Source: a virus (taxonomy: Duplodnaviria; Heunggongvirae; Uroviricota; Caudoviricetes). From it: a stretch of DNA of 64,000 nucleotides. The DNA is taken from the IMG/VR virus record IMGVR_UViG_3300025066_000017; one strand, written 5' to 3'. The position numbers and the translations under genes are program-made. Of this stretch, positions 53,001-60,800 are shown piece by piece; the first letter of the stretch is position 1, and every line of letters begins with the position of its first letter. Under the pieces are notes generated by a model. It saw only the letters and a list, made by a program, of their open reading frames with translations, was not told the DNA's origin and searched no databases.

Positions 53001-53888
53001 CATGCCTCCAAACTCTTCTCCATATACTTTTTTCCATCTCTCCTGGAAGCCATCTGTAAATTGTTCACGCTGCAGTCTGTTGGGACCGCTTCCTCGGAAA
53101 CCTTCAAATGTGGCTGCGAGTCTAATTGTTGCGGCATCTACTGCTCTGAACTCATAGGGGCGACCATATGTGTCTGGAGTGATTTCGGCGCATGCCTGAT
53201 CTAGCGTAAGTGAGTCTGTGGTGAATTTTCTAAGAAAAGTCTCAAAGTCATCTCGTGGGTAGGGAGAGTATGGGTTGGGTCCAAATCCACACGCCATAAT
53301 CATTTGCTCGAGTCTTCGAATCTGTTCCTTTTCTTCATCAGATGGTTGATGTCCATCGTCCTTGAATCGGATTTGAAATCCGACCTGCTTGTTTTCTCTA
53401 TAGGGTTGGGCGAAGGCTGCGACTTGGTTGACTCGTGTCGTGATAATGGAAGCGATGATAGGCACCTGCTTCACAATGGCGCGTAGGGCGTCAAAGGACA
53501 CCGAGAAGCGACGTTCTCTATATCCGGCAGAGTACATGAGTGTCAGAGGGTCGAAGAATCGCGTGCGTGGCCCTCTCGCAGGAACCATTCCACTGGGAAG
53601 AGACTTGTATGCGTCCGGGCCTTGTCTATACATACTGGGAGACATTTGGGTTGATGGAGTGATAATACTGCTTTGTTGTTCTGCGGCATTGTGAGTAGCC
53701 AGAACATTCCCTGTTCCTACAGGGACTCCATTATTTTTTACCTCACTCCCTTTTGCTCCATGCACTCCACCATGATAATGATCTTGAAAAAAAGCATTCG
53801 GTGAAGAAGATACAGTTTGCTCCTGCATCATCAACATCGAATCTTCTTGACCCATAGCTCTGTTTTTCAACCAACTATTTATACTCAT
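50022..53888 (-). CDS. Portal-like protein precursor containing two inteins (extein about 624 aa)
   Basis: Two Cys-initiated Hint segments. Each has a ...SPDHKF(L/R)... block and ends in (G)I(V/L)(I/L)SN followed by Ser. No Walker A motif in the exteins, which argues against terminase. Position upstream of the head genes. Confidence 0.55.
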   Translation of the reverse strand: MSINSWLKNRAMGQEDSMLMMQEQTVSSSPNAFFQDHYHGGVHGAKGSEVKNNGVPVGTGNVLATHNAAEQQSSIITPSTQMSPSMYRQGPDAYKSLPSGMVPARGPRTRFFDPLTLMYSAGYRERRFSVSFDALRAIVKQVPIIASIITTRVNQVAAFAQPYRENKQVGFQIRFKDDGHQPSDEEKEQIRRLEQMIMACGFGPNPYSPYPRDDFETFLRKFTTDSLTLDQACAEITPDTYGRPYEFRAVDAATIRLAATFEGFRGSGPNRLQREQFTDGFQERWKKVYGEEFGGMTSDQVFSIQLLHGRIENIFSYNDLAFCVRNPETNIWNNGYGTSELEKALNAVLGMLWGEIYNRAFFKQGCVGEDTRVFTDEGVFYIKDLPVNPDVEFSPIGNVWNGSRWVPFDVVSTGQKETIRTTLDDGFEIHTSPDHKFLALTDSGEILMRPIAEIQEGDFVARSLEVAPIELPESLIYIRNKNIPKPLLKRMAKHLEEHCDISSLFFEERTLLLKLANFADDSSQELCSRDEIIEICQKLDCWDFLEELSYQWIRVSSIEDMEEMRPMYDVRIKDSSHQWSCGGVILSNSAPKGLINIKGDEISEAQMESFRRAWYAMIAGVENCLHGDTTIWTREEGMVSLENYIEGTEEKEATIWTGKEWASGLVYRTKEQKQLCRLKLACGLEIKSSPDHKFRVLGGGDGLPVWKRLEDLQEGDYVLVNKQSPQNPDNIPHCNGKQVTPDLMEVLGWAVGDGYFSDKGMLCFYHHEKEREIRERHLSILKDFDPAARLKDIHITPEEQEKIKERYGFKSVASERLQIVLNNVNFARWLKEVGFQFSSEGKNVPPFVYTLPNELKFAFLRGLFSADGHIGDGRFVAITITNDSLRQEVKWLLSSVGIRTNLSEGKQKIVIDGPLRYYEEKESLLRIKDKDYFYENIGFLQDHKQPDDLVNPNEANKHSRVSPRTTYFFARKIQKKNKEANYELLTLRERLDLNAIIRGDDGCSLPRILRFLEKVNITPPNWLLEYHFSPISEIEITTDFVDMFDVSINTDLHAFAANGIVISNSFRTPILQAEQMEYIDLQHTNREMEFQSWLEYLIRQVCASYLIDPSEVGFDLTSGGGSGGAPVFESKHEWKIKHSRDKGLRPLLRFISKQITKYIVDPLDSRLYFDFVGLDELSERERVELLNMKMSAFMTLNEGRASEGLPPRPDGNVILNPAWIQARTLLEEEGQMLPDPSEEQMAYMTAGENEIPGYGQAKPVPLYMQTNPDRNKIPPLGGVPDPNDPNQM
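50697..52019 (-). mobile_element. Intein 2 with LAGLIDADG homing endonuclease (about 441 aa: CLHGDTTIW ... ANGIVISN | S)
   Basis: aa 624-1064 of the same ORF. Two LAGLIDADG-type motifs (LGWAVGDGYF, LRGLFSADGHIGDG) lie between the Hint halves. Confidence 0.55.
52125..52793 (-). mobile_element. Intein 1 (mini-intein, about 223 aa: CVGEDTRVF ... MYDVRIKDSSHQWSCGGVILSN | S)
   Basis: Coordinates computed from aa 366-588 of ORF 50022-53888. N-terminal splicing block C-x-G-x-T, TSPDHKFLAL block and C-terminal block ending SN+S. Confidence 0.5.
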
Positions 53889-53938
53889 TATATAAAAACT
53901 CGCCTATAGGTTATGTAGAAGATAAACCATCTTTGAAA

Positions 53939-53957
53939 ATCTTTAGACTCTAAAGAT
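53939..53957. promoter_or_regulatory. Palindrome copy 13
   Basis: About 50 nt upstream of the portal ATG (53888). Confidence 0.7.
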
Positions 53958-54019
53958 TTTGTACAAACTTTATTGTTTTTTTAGCAGTGTTGTAAAGAAT
54001 AAGTTTTGGGAAGAGAGAA

Positions 54020-55528
54020 TTATTGGGCAGGATAAATGGGAGGATTTGTTTCGGATGGAAGCGGTTGACTGTCATCGCTTGGGGTGGGAGAGGCGTTGGC
54101 AACACCCGTTGCTTCTCTTGAAAAATCAAACTCTCTTTCAACCGCGGCTTCTTGCGGCGAAAGCCTGCGTTCCCCTCCGTCTCCCTGTCCCATGCCCTTG
54201 TCCATTTTGAATACGAGAGGAGGAAATTCGTTCTCTCCGTCTTTTTCTTTCTCTTCTTGTAACTGCGACTTGTGTACGATTGTGAGGGGTTGCATGGACA
54301 AATCCTTGTCTTCTTCGGGTTCTTCTAAAAGTTCCTCTGCCGTGTTTGATTTTAGCAGATCCGAATCAGGAAATCCTTTTGCTTGCCAAAGCCTTTGGTT
54401 AATGACGTCCCAATTTATTATTTGAAAAAAATCCTCCACATATGCTTCTTTGTCGGGTCCATACTCAGCGAGGTAGGCGTGCTCCCATAGATCTATTCCT
54501 ATGAGAGGGATATCACCAGGAATACTTGGGTTGTCTGGACCCACATCATACATAATTTGTGGATTGCCATGATTTCTCAAGGTATACATCGCCAACCTAT
54601 CCGTGGCCCCACGGTATACCAACCACAACCATCCCGATCCCACTAAACGATTCGCTTCTCGTTTAGCACTAGCAATCATTTCCTCCATGCTACCAAATAA
54701 ATCTTTTATCGCATTTCTTAAAAGATCGGAGATAGATGCTCTAGATGTGTTTTTCTCCTCTTCTTCTTCAGTTCTCTCTTGAGGTTGTATAGAAGCCCAA
54801 AGGAATGAATGATTAATATCTCCACCCAAATAGTGAATGAGTTTATCTACCAATCCCGGTGGCATCTGAGAAAGAGATATCATAATAGACAGAGGAGAAA
54901 GCCCCTCCCATGCAGTTCCTTTGAGAGTTTCCTCAAACATCTCTACATATTTTCTATGAAGTACTTCATAGTGATGTCGTAGACTGCTCTCCTTAAACAC
55001 AGGACCAAATGCATCATAGGCATAAGGAAAGGCAGGCATAGAGATTTCAGAATTATCCGATGACTTCCGAAGCAATTGGAAAGATTTCCCCATCTCTTCT
55101 TCTTCCATCATTTGCTCTTGCATCATCTCTTCTTCAGGATCAACACCAATACCGTGCGATGCCGCCACATCGTCTTCTAGTTGAGCGAGCCTTTGCTGCT
55201 TTGCTCCCTCAATAATAGCCTCGTGGGCTTCGTATTCCTCGTCTTGTCTTTGCCGAAAAGTATAGGCAACTTCTGCTATGTCATCTTGCGGCCACCCATC
55301 CATCTTCATCTGACGCAAAATCTCTACATGCTCTGGCCAAAGGCGATGGAAAATTCCACCCAAAGCTTCAAGCTTCTCTGTTAGAGGATGTATTCGATAT
55401 CTTGGAGCATCCCAAAGGTGCGCCTCAATAGGATGAATCCCCCATCCTGGTGGTGGTTCTCCTCCGAGAGCATTCACTAAACCTTCTTGCTGCTCTTCGT
55501 TTCCACCATTGGGTTTCATTGGACACAT
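54020..55528 (-). CDS. Fe/Mn superoxide dismutase domain protein with N- and C-terminal extensions
   Basis: Complete SOD signature set: PAFPYAYDAFGP...HHYEVLHRKYV (N-terminal helix with His ligand), LGGDINHSFLW (GG.xNHS.FW, His ligand), GSGWLWLV, and IDLWEHAYL...INWDVIN (D-x-W-E-H ligands). Flanked by an ~150-aa N-terminal and ~80-aa acidic C-terminal extension. Confidence 0.8.
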   Translation of the reverse strand: MCPMKPNGGNEEQQEGLVNALGGEPPPGWGIHPIEAHLWDAPRYRIHPLTEKLEALGGIFHRLWPEHVEILRQMKMDGWPQDDIAEVAYTFRQRQDEEYEAHEAIIEGAKQQRLAQLEDDVAASHGIGVDPEEEMMQEQMMEEEEMGKSFQLLRKSSDNSEISMPAFPYAYDAFGPVFKESSLRHHYEVLHRKYVEMFEETLKGTAWEGLSPLSIMISLSQMPPGLVDKLIHYLGGDINHSFLWASIQPQERTEEEEEKNTSRASISDLLRNAIKDLFGSMEEMIASAKREANRLVGSGWLWLVYRGATDRLAMYTLRNHGNPQIMYDVGPDNPSIPGDIPLIGIDLWEHAYLAEYGPDKEAYVEDFFQIINWDVINQRLWQAKGFPDSDLLKSNTAEELLEEPEEDKDLSMQPLTIVHKSQLQEEKEKDGENEFPPLVFKMDKGMGQGDGGERRLSPQEAAVEREFDFSREATGVANASPTPSDDSQPLPSETNPPIYPAQ

Positions 55529-55571
55529 CCTCTAACAAAAAATAGAAATTTATTTCTCTTTCGAGAAGTAA

Positions 55572-56120
55572 TTACTTGCTATCAACAGACTCCGGAACAG
55601 GAACCTCTGGCAATACAGGCACTGCCACCAGATCTAAAGCCTCCACAATGACCGAATCCGAAGCGCTACCATCTTCGGAAACCACCCGAATTTCTTGACT
55701 TATAGGAATTGTTTCGACCATTGGGTTATCAAACCCAGCGCCGAAGTCTTCTTCTGTGATGGGGCTCTGATTCGCAGTTCCATTCTCAACGACCGAAACC
55801 GCTCCATCATCTCCAACCTCAATCCTCCCCACCGGCTGTGTCTTCCCAAATGAATAAACAAGATTATCTTCGCCTTGCTTCTCAGGAAGAGCAAAGTCTC
55901 CCAAACGAGCCCTTTGTCTGCGTATTTCTCTGTTTTGTCTTCGCATCTGACGGGCTATCCGAGAATCCACTGGAGGACTATCTGGAGCCGCGTTCGGATC
56001 TATATTGGGAGCGTTCTCTTTTTTCTTCTGTTCCTCTTCAAAACTCTCCAGACGTGGCGGTCTAATCGCCATCGATCTTGGAACACTCATCGTCATGCTG
56101 TCACGCTCAGATCGTCGCAT
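55572..56120 (-). CDS. Hypothetical virion-module protein
   Basis: 182-aa ORF co-transcribed with the SOD gene (43-nt gap, no palindrome between them). Palindrome at 56152-56170 about 30 nt upstream. Confidence 0.4.
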   Translation of the reverse strand: MRRSERDSMTMSVPRSMAIRPPRLESFEEEQKKKENAPNIDPNAAPDSPPVDSRIARQMRRQNREIRRQRARLGDFALPEKQGEDNLVYSFGKTQPVGRIEVGDDGAVSVVENGTANQSPITEEDFGAGFDNPMVETIPISQEIRVVSEDGSASDSVIVEALDLVAVPVLPEVPVPESVDSK

Positions 56121-56151
56121 TTCTATAATCTCCTTCGATAGTTCTAATGAA

Positions 56152-56170
56152 ATCTTTAGAGTCTAAAGAT
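56152..56170. promoter_or_regulatory. Palindrome copy 14
   Basis: About 30 nt upstream of the start of gene 55572-56120. Confidence 0.7.
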
Positions 56171-56241
56171 TTTTCCTTTGCTTCTGTGTAAGTGTAAACG
56201 GTATTGCAAAAAAAGAAACATATTTCTTTGCAATAAAATAT

Positions 56242-57753
56242 CTATACCACACTCAAAGAAATACCATAGTAGTGTCGTTTCAACTGGTGCTCCAATAATT
56301 CAAGTCTTTCTTTATAGTCTTTAATCGTCGCAGAATACACACCATAACTAGCCGAAGATGTAAATGTAACTGACTGCGAGACACCACCCTTTGAAAAAGA
56401 TTGACCCGCAATACCACCACGAAAAGCTTGACCTAAAACAGGCAGCGCCTTTACAGCCGCTCTCATTCCAATGCAATCCAAGATGGGTGTCGGTGTTTCC
56501 CTGCTTTCTATTCCAGCCCAGTATCGAAGTCTCCAGAAAGAAGGAATCTCAACAGATCCTCGCAACGACCCTATATGAATGAGACCAAGATAAGAGAACG
56601 CGGTGCTGTGATTAAAGGGCATAATCTGCAAAAAATTGTGTGCATCAAAGTGAACCCAAGACAAGTTTATATCAATAACCCGTGTCCCCCCCACAGCGCC
56701 TATAAGATAGTCGAACTTGATAGGGTGACAATAGGGCAAGCGAAGGCGCAACCAGTGCGCCCCAGACGCGGGGAAATAAGATATAGGCTTGGACTTCAAG
56801 TCATAGTCGAAGTTCTGGGGTATTGCTGGAAGAGGTTGGGAGCCACTTGTGGTACTGGATTGTAATGTTGTCAGATCATCATCCGTAACAACCAAAGAAG
56901 GTTCAATGGGTGTCTTGAGAAGTTCCTTCTCCATCCAGTCACACTCTGCATCAATCCACTCTCGCAAAGTCTTTCTCTGGAACTTCTTTTTGTCAATAAT
57001 GAGATTCTCTGTGGCGTCTACTGCAGGCACAAGCCTTGGATTCACTCGAACAGTAATAAAGCTCTGCTGGTCTTGTGCTAATAGAACGTACTCCTTATTA
57101 AGTCCTCCCGGTAAGCTTGTATCAATTGGGATAGTTGTCCCACCCCAAGATAATGAAGGCATGGGAGGAGTTTGACCATCATAAACGAGATTTAAACGAT
57201 GCATCCCCATTGGATGATTTTTCGAAACCTCACTAACCACCACACCTGCAATTGCCGAAGGCTGCGTTCGACACATTCTATCATCATTGCTCTGTCTAGT
57301 CGCTCCCTCCAACCACCTCCTCTCAAAGGCTTCCGTTGTCATTAAACAAACGCGAAAAGTTTCGGAACCCTTCTCTAAGACAGACGTATCGTGCGTTACC
57401 TTTATAAAATAACTCCCCCTCCGCAGCATCGGAAACGGCTTTGTCGCAGAATAGACAATCTCCCGAATGTCCCACGTCAGTTGTTGTCCACCATTAGGCA
57501 CCTGACCCGCAAAAGTAAATGTTTTTCGGGACTGCACAATCTCCTCTAAATCTCCTCGACGCTTCTTCCAAAGAGATACCGTTATAGCTTCCCCAACATT
57601 TGTTGCGTCATTTGGAGTAGGTATAATATTGACTGTCAGTGTCTCGCGACCATCTTCATTTCGACAGAACTCATGCACTCCATCAAAAGGCAAGGTCGAA
57701 CCTGTGTCTATCGGGGGTGGTTCTATATATACTTGCAGATCTGTAAGGGCCAT
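56242..57753 (-). CDS. Hypothetical virion structural protein
   Basis: 503-aa ORF. Palindrome at 57777-57795 upstream. Confidence 0.45.
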   Translation of the reverse strand: MALTDLQVYIEPPPIDTGSTLPFDGVHEFCRNEDGRETLTVNIIPTPNDATNVGEAITVSLWKKRRGDLEEIVQSRKTFTFAGQVPNGGQQLTWDIREIVYSATKPFPMLRRGSYFIKVTHDTSVLEKGSETFRVCLMTTEAFERRWLEGATRQSNDDRMCRTQPSAIAGVVVSEVSKNHPMGMHRLNLVYDGQTPPMPSLSWGGTTIPIDTSLPGGLNKEYVLLAQDQQSFITVRVNPRLVPAVDATENLIIDKKKFQRKTLREWIDAECDWMEKELLKTPIEPSLVVTDDDLTTLQSSTTSGSQPLPAIPQNFDYDLKSKPISYFPASGAHWLRLRLPYCHPIKFDYLIGAVGGTRVIDINLSWVHFDAHNFLQIMPFNHSTAFSYLGLIHIGSLRGSVEIPSFWRLRYWAGIESRETPTPILDCIGMRAAVKALPVLGQAFRGGIAGQSFSKGGVSQSVTFTSSASYGVYSATIKDYKERLELLEHQLKRHYYGISLSVV

Positions 57754-57776
57754 TATCCTGCCACCTCTTTGAGGAA

Positions 57777-57795
57777 ATCTTTAGACTCTAAAGAT
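57777..57795. promoter_or_regulatory. Palindrome copy 15
   Basis: About 24 nt upstream of the ATG of gene 56242-57753, downstream of the giant ORF stop (57848). Confidence 0.7.
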
Positions 57796-57847
57796 TCTGT
57801 TTTTACAGATGACAGAATAACGGCTTATTCTCTTTGTGCAAAACTAT

Positions 57848-60800
57848 TTATTTATGTATCGGAACAAAACAAAGAGGACCAGTAGACTTTTCTATTGAAA
57901 CATTTTCTTGCTCAAAAGAAACACCAATGGATTTTAGAAATCCATCCATTCCACCATCTCCCCAACCGTTCGACTCTTCTCCGGAGTTTGAAATAAAATC
58001 TACCACTTCTTGTTCTGGTCCAGGATCTGATATCCCATGGTCATCAGGACTCCCCGGCTGATAATACTCGTCTCCTCGAGTAAACTGCCAAACACCCACA
58101 CCTTCTTCCGGCGTCTCTTGCTGCATAGGCGATGGTTGCGGAGGCTCTGGCTCTGCAGGGGCTGGTCCTTCTATAAAGACAGGCTGGCCTCCCATTTGTC
58201 GATAATGACCAATATCACCCTGCTCACCAACCTCTTGGCCTCCAGGCATAGGATCTCCCATAGCCTTCTCCATCGGTGTTATCACGAGAGGACCTTTAGC
58301 GCCCAATACAGAATCTGGATCTTTATCATCATTATCTATGGAAACACTTTTGTTAGAAAGATCATCTTCTTCAATGTTTTCTTCATTGCCAGATACATTC
58401 ACACCATACTCTGCCAAATCATCCACCATGTCCCCGCCTAGCCAGTTTGCAAAATCGGGCATTTCTGCTTGAGAGTCGGAAACTTCTGCTTGAGAGTCGG
58501 AAATTTCTTTGATTCTCTGAGTTTCTTGTTTGCGTGACTCCTCGAGACTGGCCGCTTGGTCTGGGGGCAACATATTGTGTTCAATTTGAGCATCCTGAAT
58601 CAGCTTGCCCAATTTTTGCCGTTTTTCTTCTGGATCGTCGATCTTTCCAAGAATTGTGTGCCATGCAAATGGCATAGTATCAGGCTCTCGAAGAAGATCT
58701 TCTGCCTTCCAACTTCCTTTTCCTAGATGTCTTAGTACTTTCTTTACACCATGCCTTGCCTTGGTTTGTGATAGTTCTTTTTGTGTTTCCTCTTCCTCCT
58801 TTTTCTCCCGTTCGACTCTTTCTCCATCTGCTATTGCAGTTTCTGTGTACTCTTCATCCCCAGTTCGATCAGTCAAGCCTAAGACTTTCTCAACTATGCC
58901 TTGTTTCTTTTTTTGTTTCTTTTCTTTTTCGACTCTTTCTCCATCTGCTATTGCAGTTTCTGTGTACTCTTCATCCCCAGTTCGATCAGTCAAGCCTAAG
59001 ACTCTCTCAACTATGCCTTGTTTCTTTTTTTGTTTCTTTTTTTGTTTCTTTTCTTTTTCGACTCTTTCTCCATCTGCTATTGCAGTTTCTGTGTACTCTT
59101 CATCCCCAGTTCGATCAGTCAAGCCTAAGGCTCTCTCACCCCAGCTCTGCTTCTTCTTCTTTTGAGTCGGAGCAACTTCTTCTTCTGCGGAAACATCTTC
59201 GTTTCTCATTCCTGTATCCTCTGCTTGTTCTTCGGGCAACTCTGGAAGATCTGGCAACTCTTCACCAGTAAATAATTCCGGGAAACGTTGTTGTAGTTCG
59301 CTCTGATAATGAGAAGCTGCCTTGTATTGTGGATCTATATCACGTCCAAACTGTTGTGCCTGTCGCACAAAATCTTGCGCAATTCCTTTTGGATGCCAAT
59401 TACCCATATCGTAATTATCATCCAAATATTCTTGCAGACGATGTCCCGAAGAACCTTCCTTATGCAAACCCTTTAGACGAGACTCTAGATTTCGAACCAT
59501 TGTTCCGTATGCAGATCTGTATGCGTCTTTTCCTAATGTCCTTTGTAATCTTTTACCATGATCCCTAAAAATCGATTTATTCTTATCTAAAAGATCAAAC
59601 GCCTCACTATGAGTTCCTTGAGCAGCCTCGAAGATTTCTGGATTCTCTCCCATTCCTGCCAATGCATTTTGTATTGGATGAGAATGGTCGTTTACAACGC
59701 GGAAAGATGGTGGCGTTTTTTCTTTGGGAGCCTCTCCCGCGTTCTCATCAAAAAGATTAGAATCCGGAGTCTGGTTAGAGTCGGGAGTCTGATTCTCTTG
59801 ATTCAGTTTTTCTCCTGTTCTTTGGCTTCGATAAGATCTGTTCCCAGTTATTAACTCAGATGCATCCGATATAAAGGCGGTTGCATCATCAAATAAACCA
59901 CCTTCTCCCGAAGCCTTTGCTTCTTTCATCCTTTTACGAGACTCTCTTCTTGAAGATTCTTTCAAGAGCTTTCGTATATTTGATGGGTAGTCACCGTGTA
60001 GAGCATCTTCACCAAATGCACTTATCAATGGACCAAAAAGCGACCTACCCAAACGCACAACTTCTTCCTCTTGATCTGGACCTATATCTTGTCCCAATAG
60101 ATGGGACAGGGCTTCTGCGTGCTCTTGGTTGTAAGCTTGATCAAAAGCTTTCATTGTAGAACCATGAAAAAGTCTATCAGACAATCTACGTAGCCATGGT
60201 GAGTCTTCTGATTGCTCTCTAAACTCGTCCATATACCCTTTTAGCTTTTGGCTATGTCGGAGGAACTTTCTGGCTCTATTAAGCGTTGCACTATTGTTTT
60301 TCTTTTTCTTTGCTTGTTTTGCCTGGGGTTGAATTTGAAGGGCACCCTTCGTTCCCGGAGCATTGCTTTCTGTGCTTTCTATGGGTTGGCTCGGAGAAGC
60401 ATCATCTTCTTGATAGTCTTCTTCTTGATAATCATCTTCTTGTTGATCATCTTCTTGATAATCATCTTCTTGTTGATCATCTTCTTGTTGATCATCTTCT
60501 TGATAATCTTCTTCTTGATAATCATCTTCTTGTTGATCATCTTCTTGATAATCATCTTCTTGTTGATCATCTTCTTGTTGATCATCTTCTTGATAATCTT
60601 CTTCTTGATAATCTTCTTCTTGATAATCTTCTGTATCTATATCCGAAGACTCTGCTCTAGGCTCACTCTTCGCAGAGTCAACTTGAACACCTTCATCAGT
60701 ATCCTCGCTCTGGGTTTCCTGCGTGTCTTTATCAAACTCCGCAGTCCCCTCTCTCTCCTCTCTCGAAGATAAGAACTCGTCATCTCTCTCTCGTCGAGAA

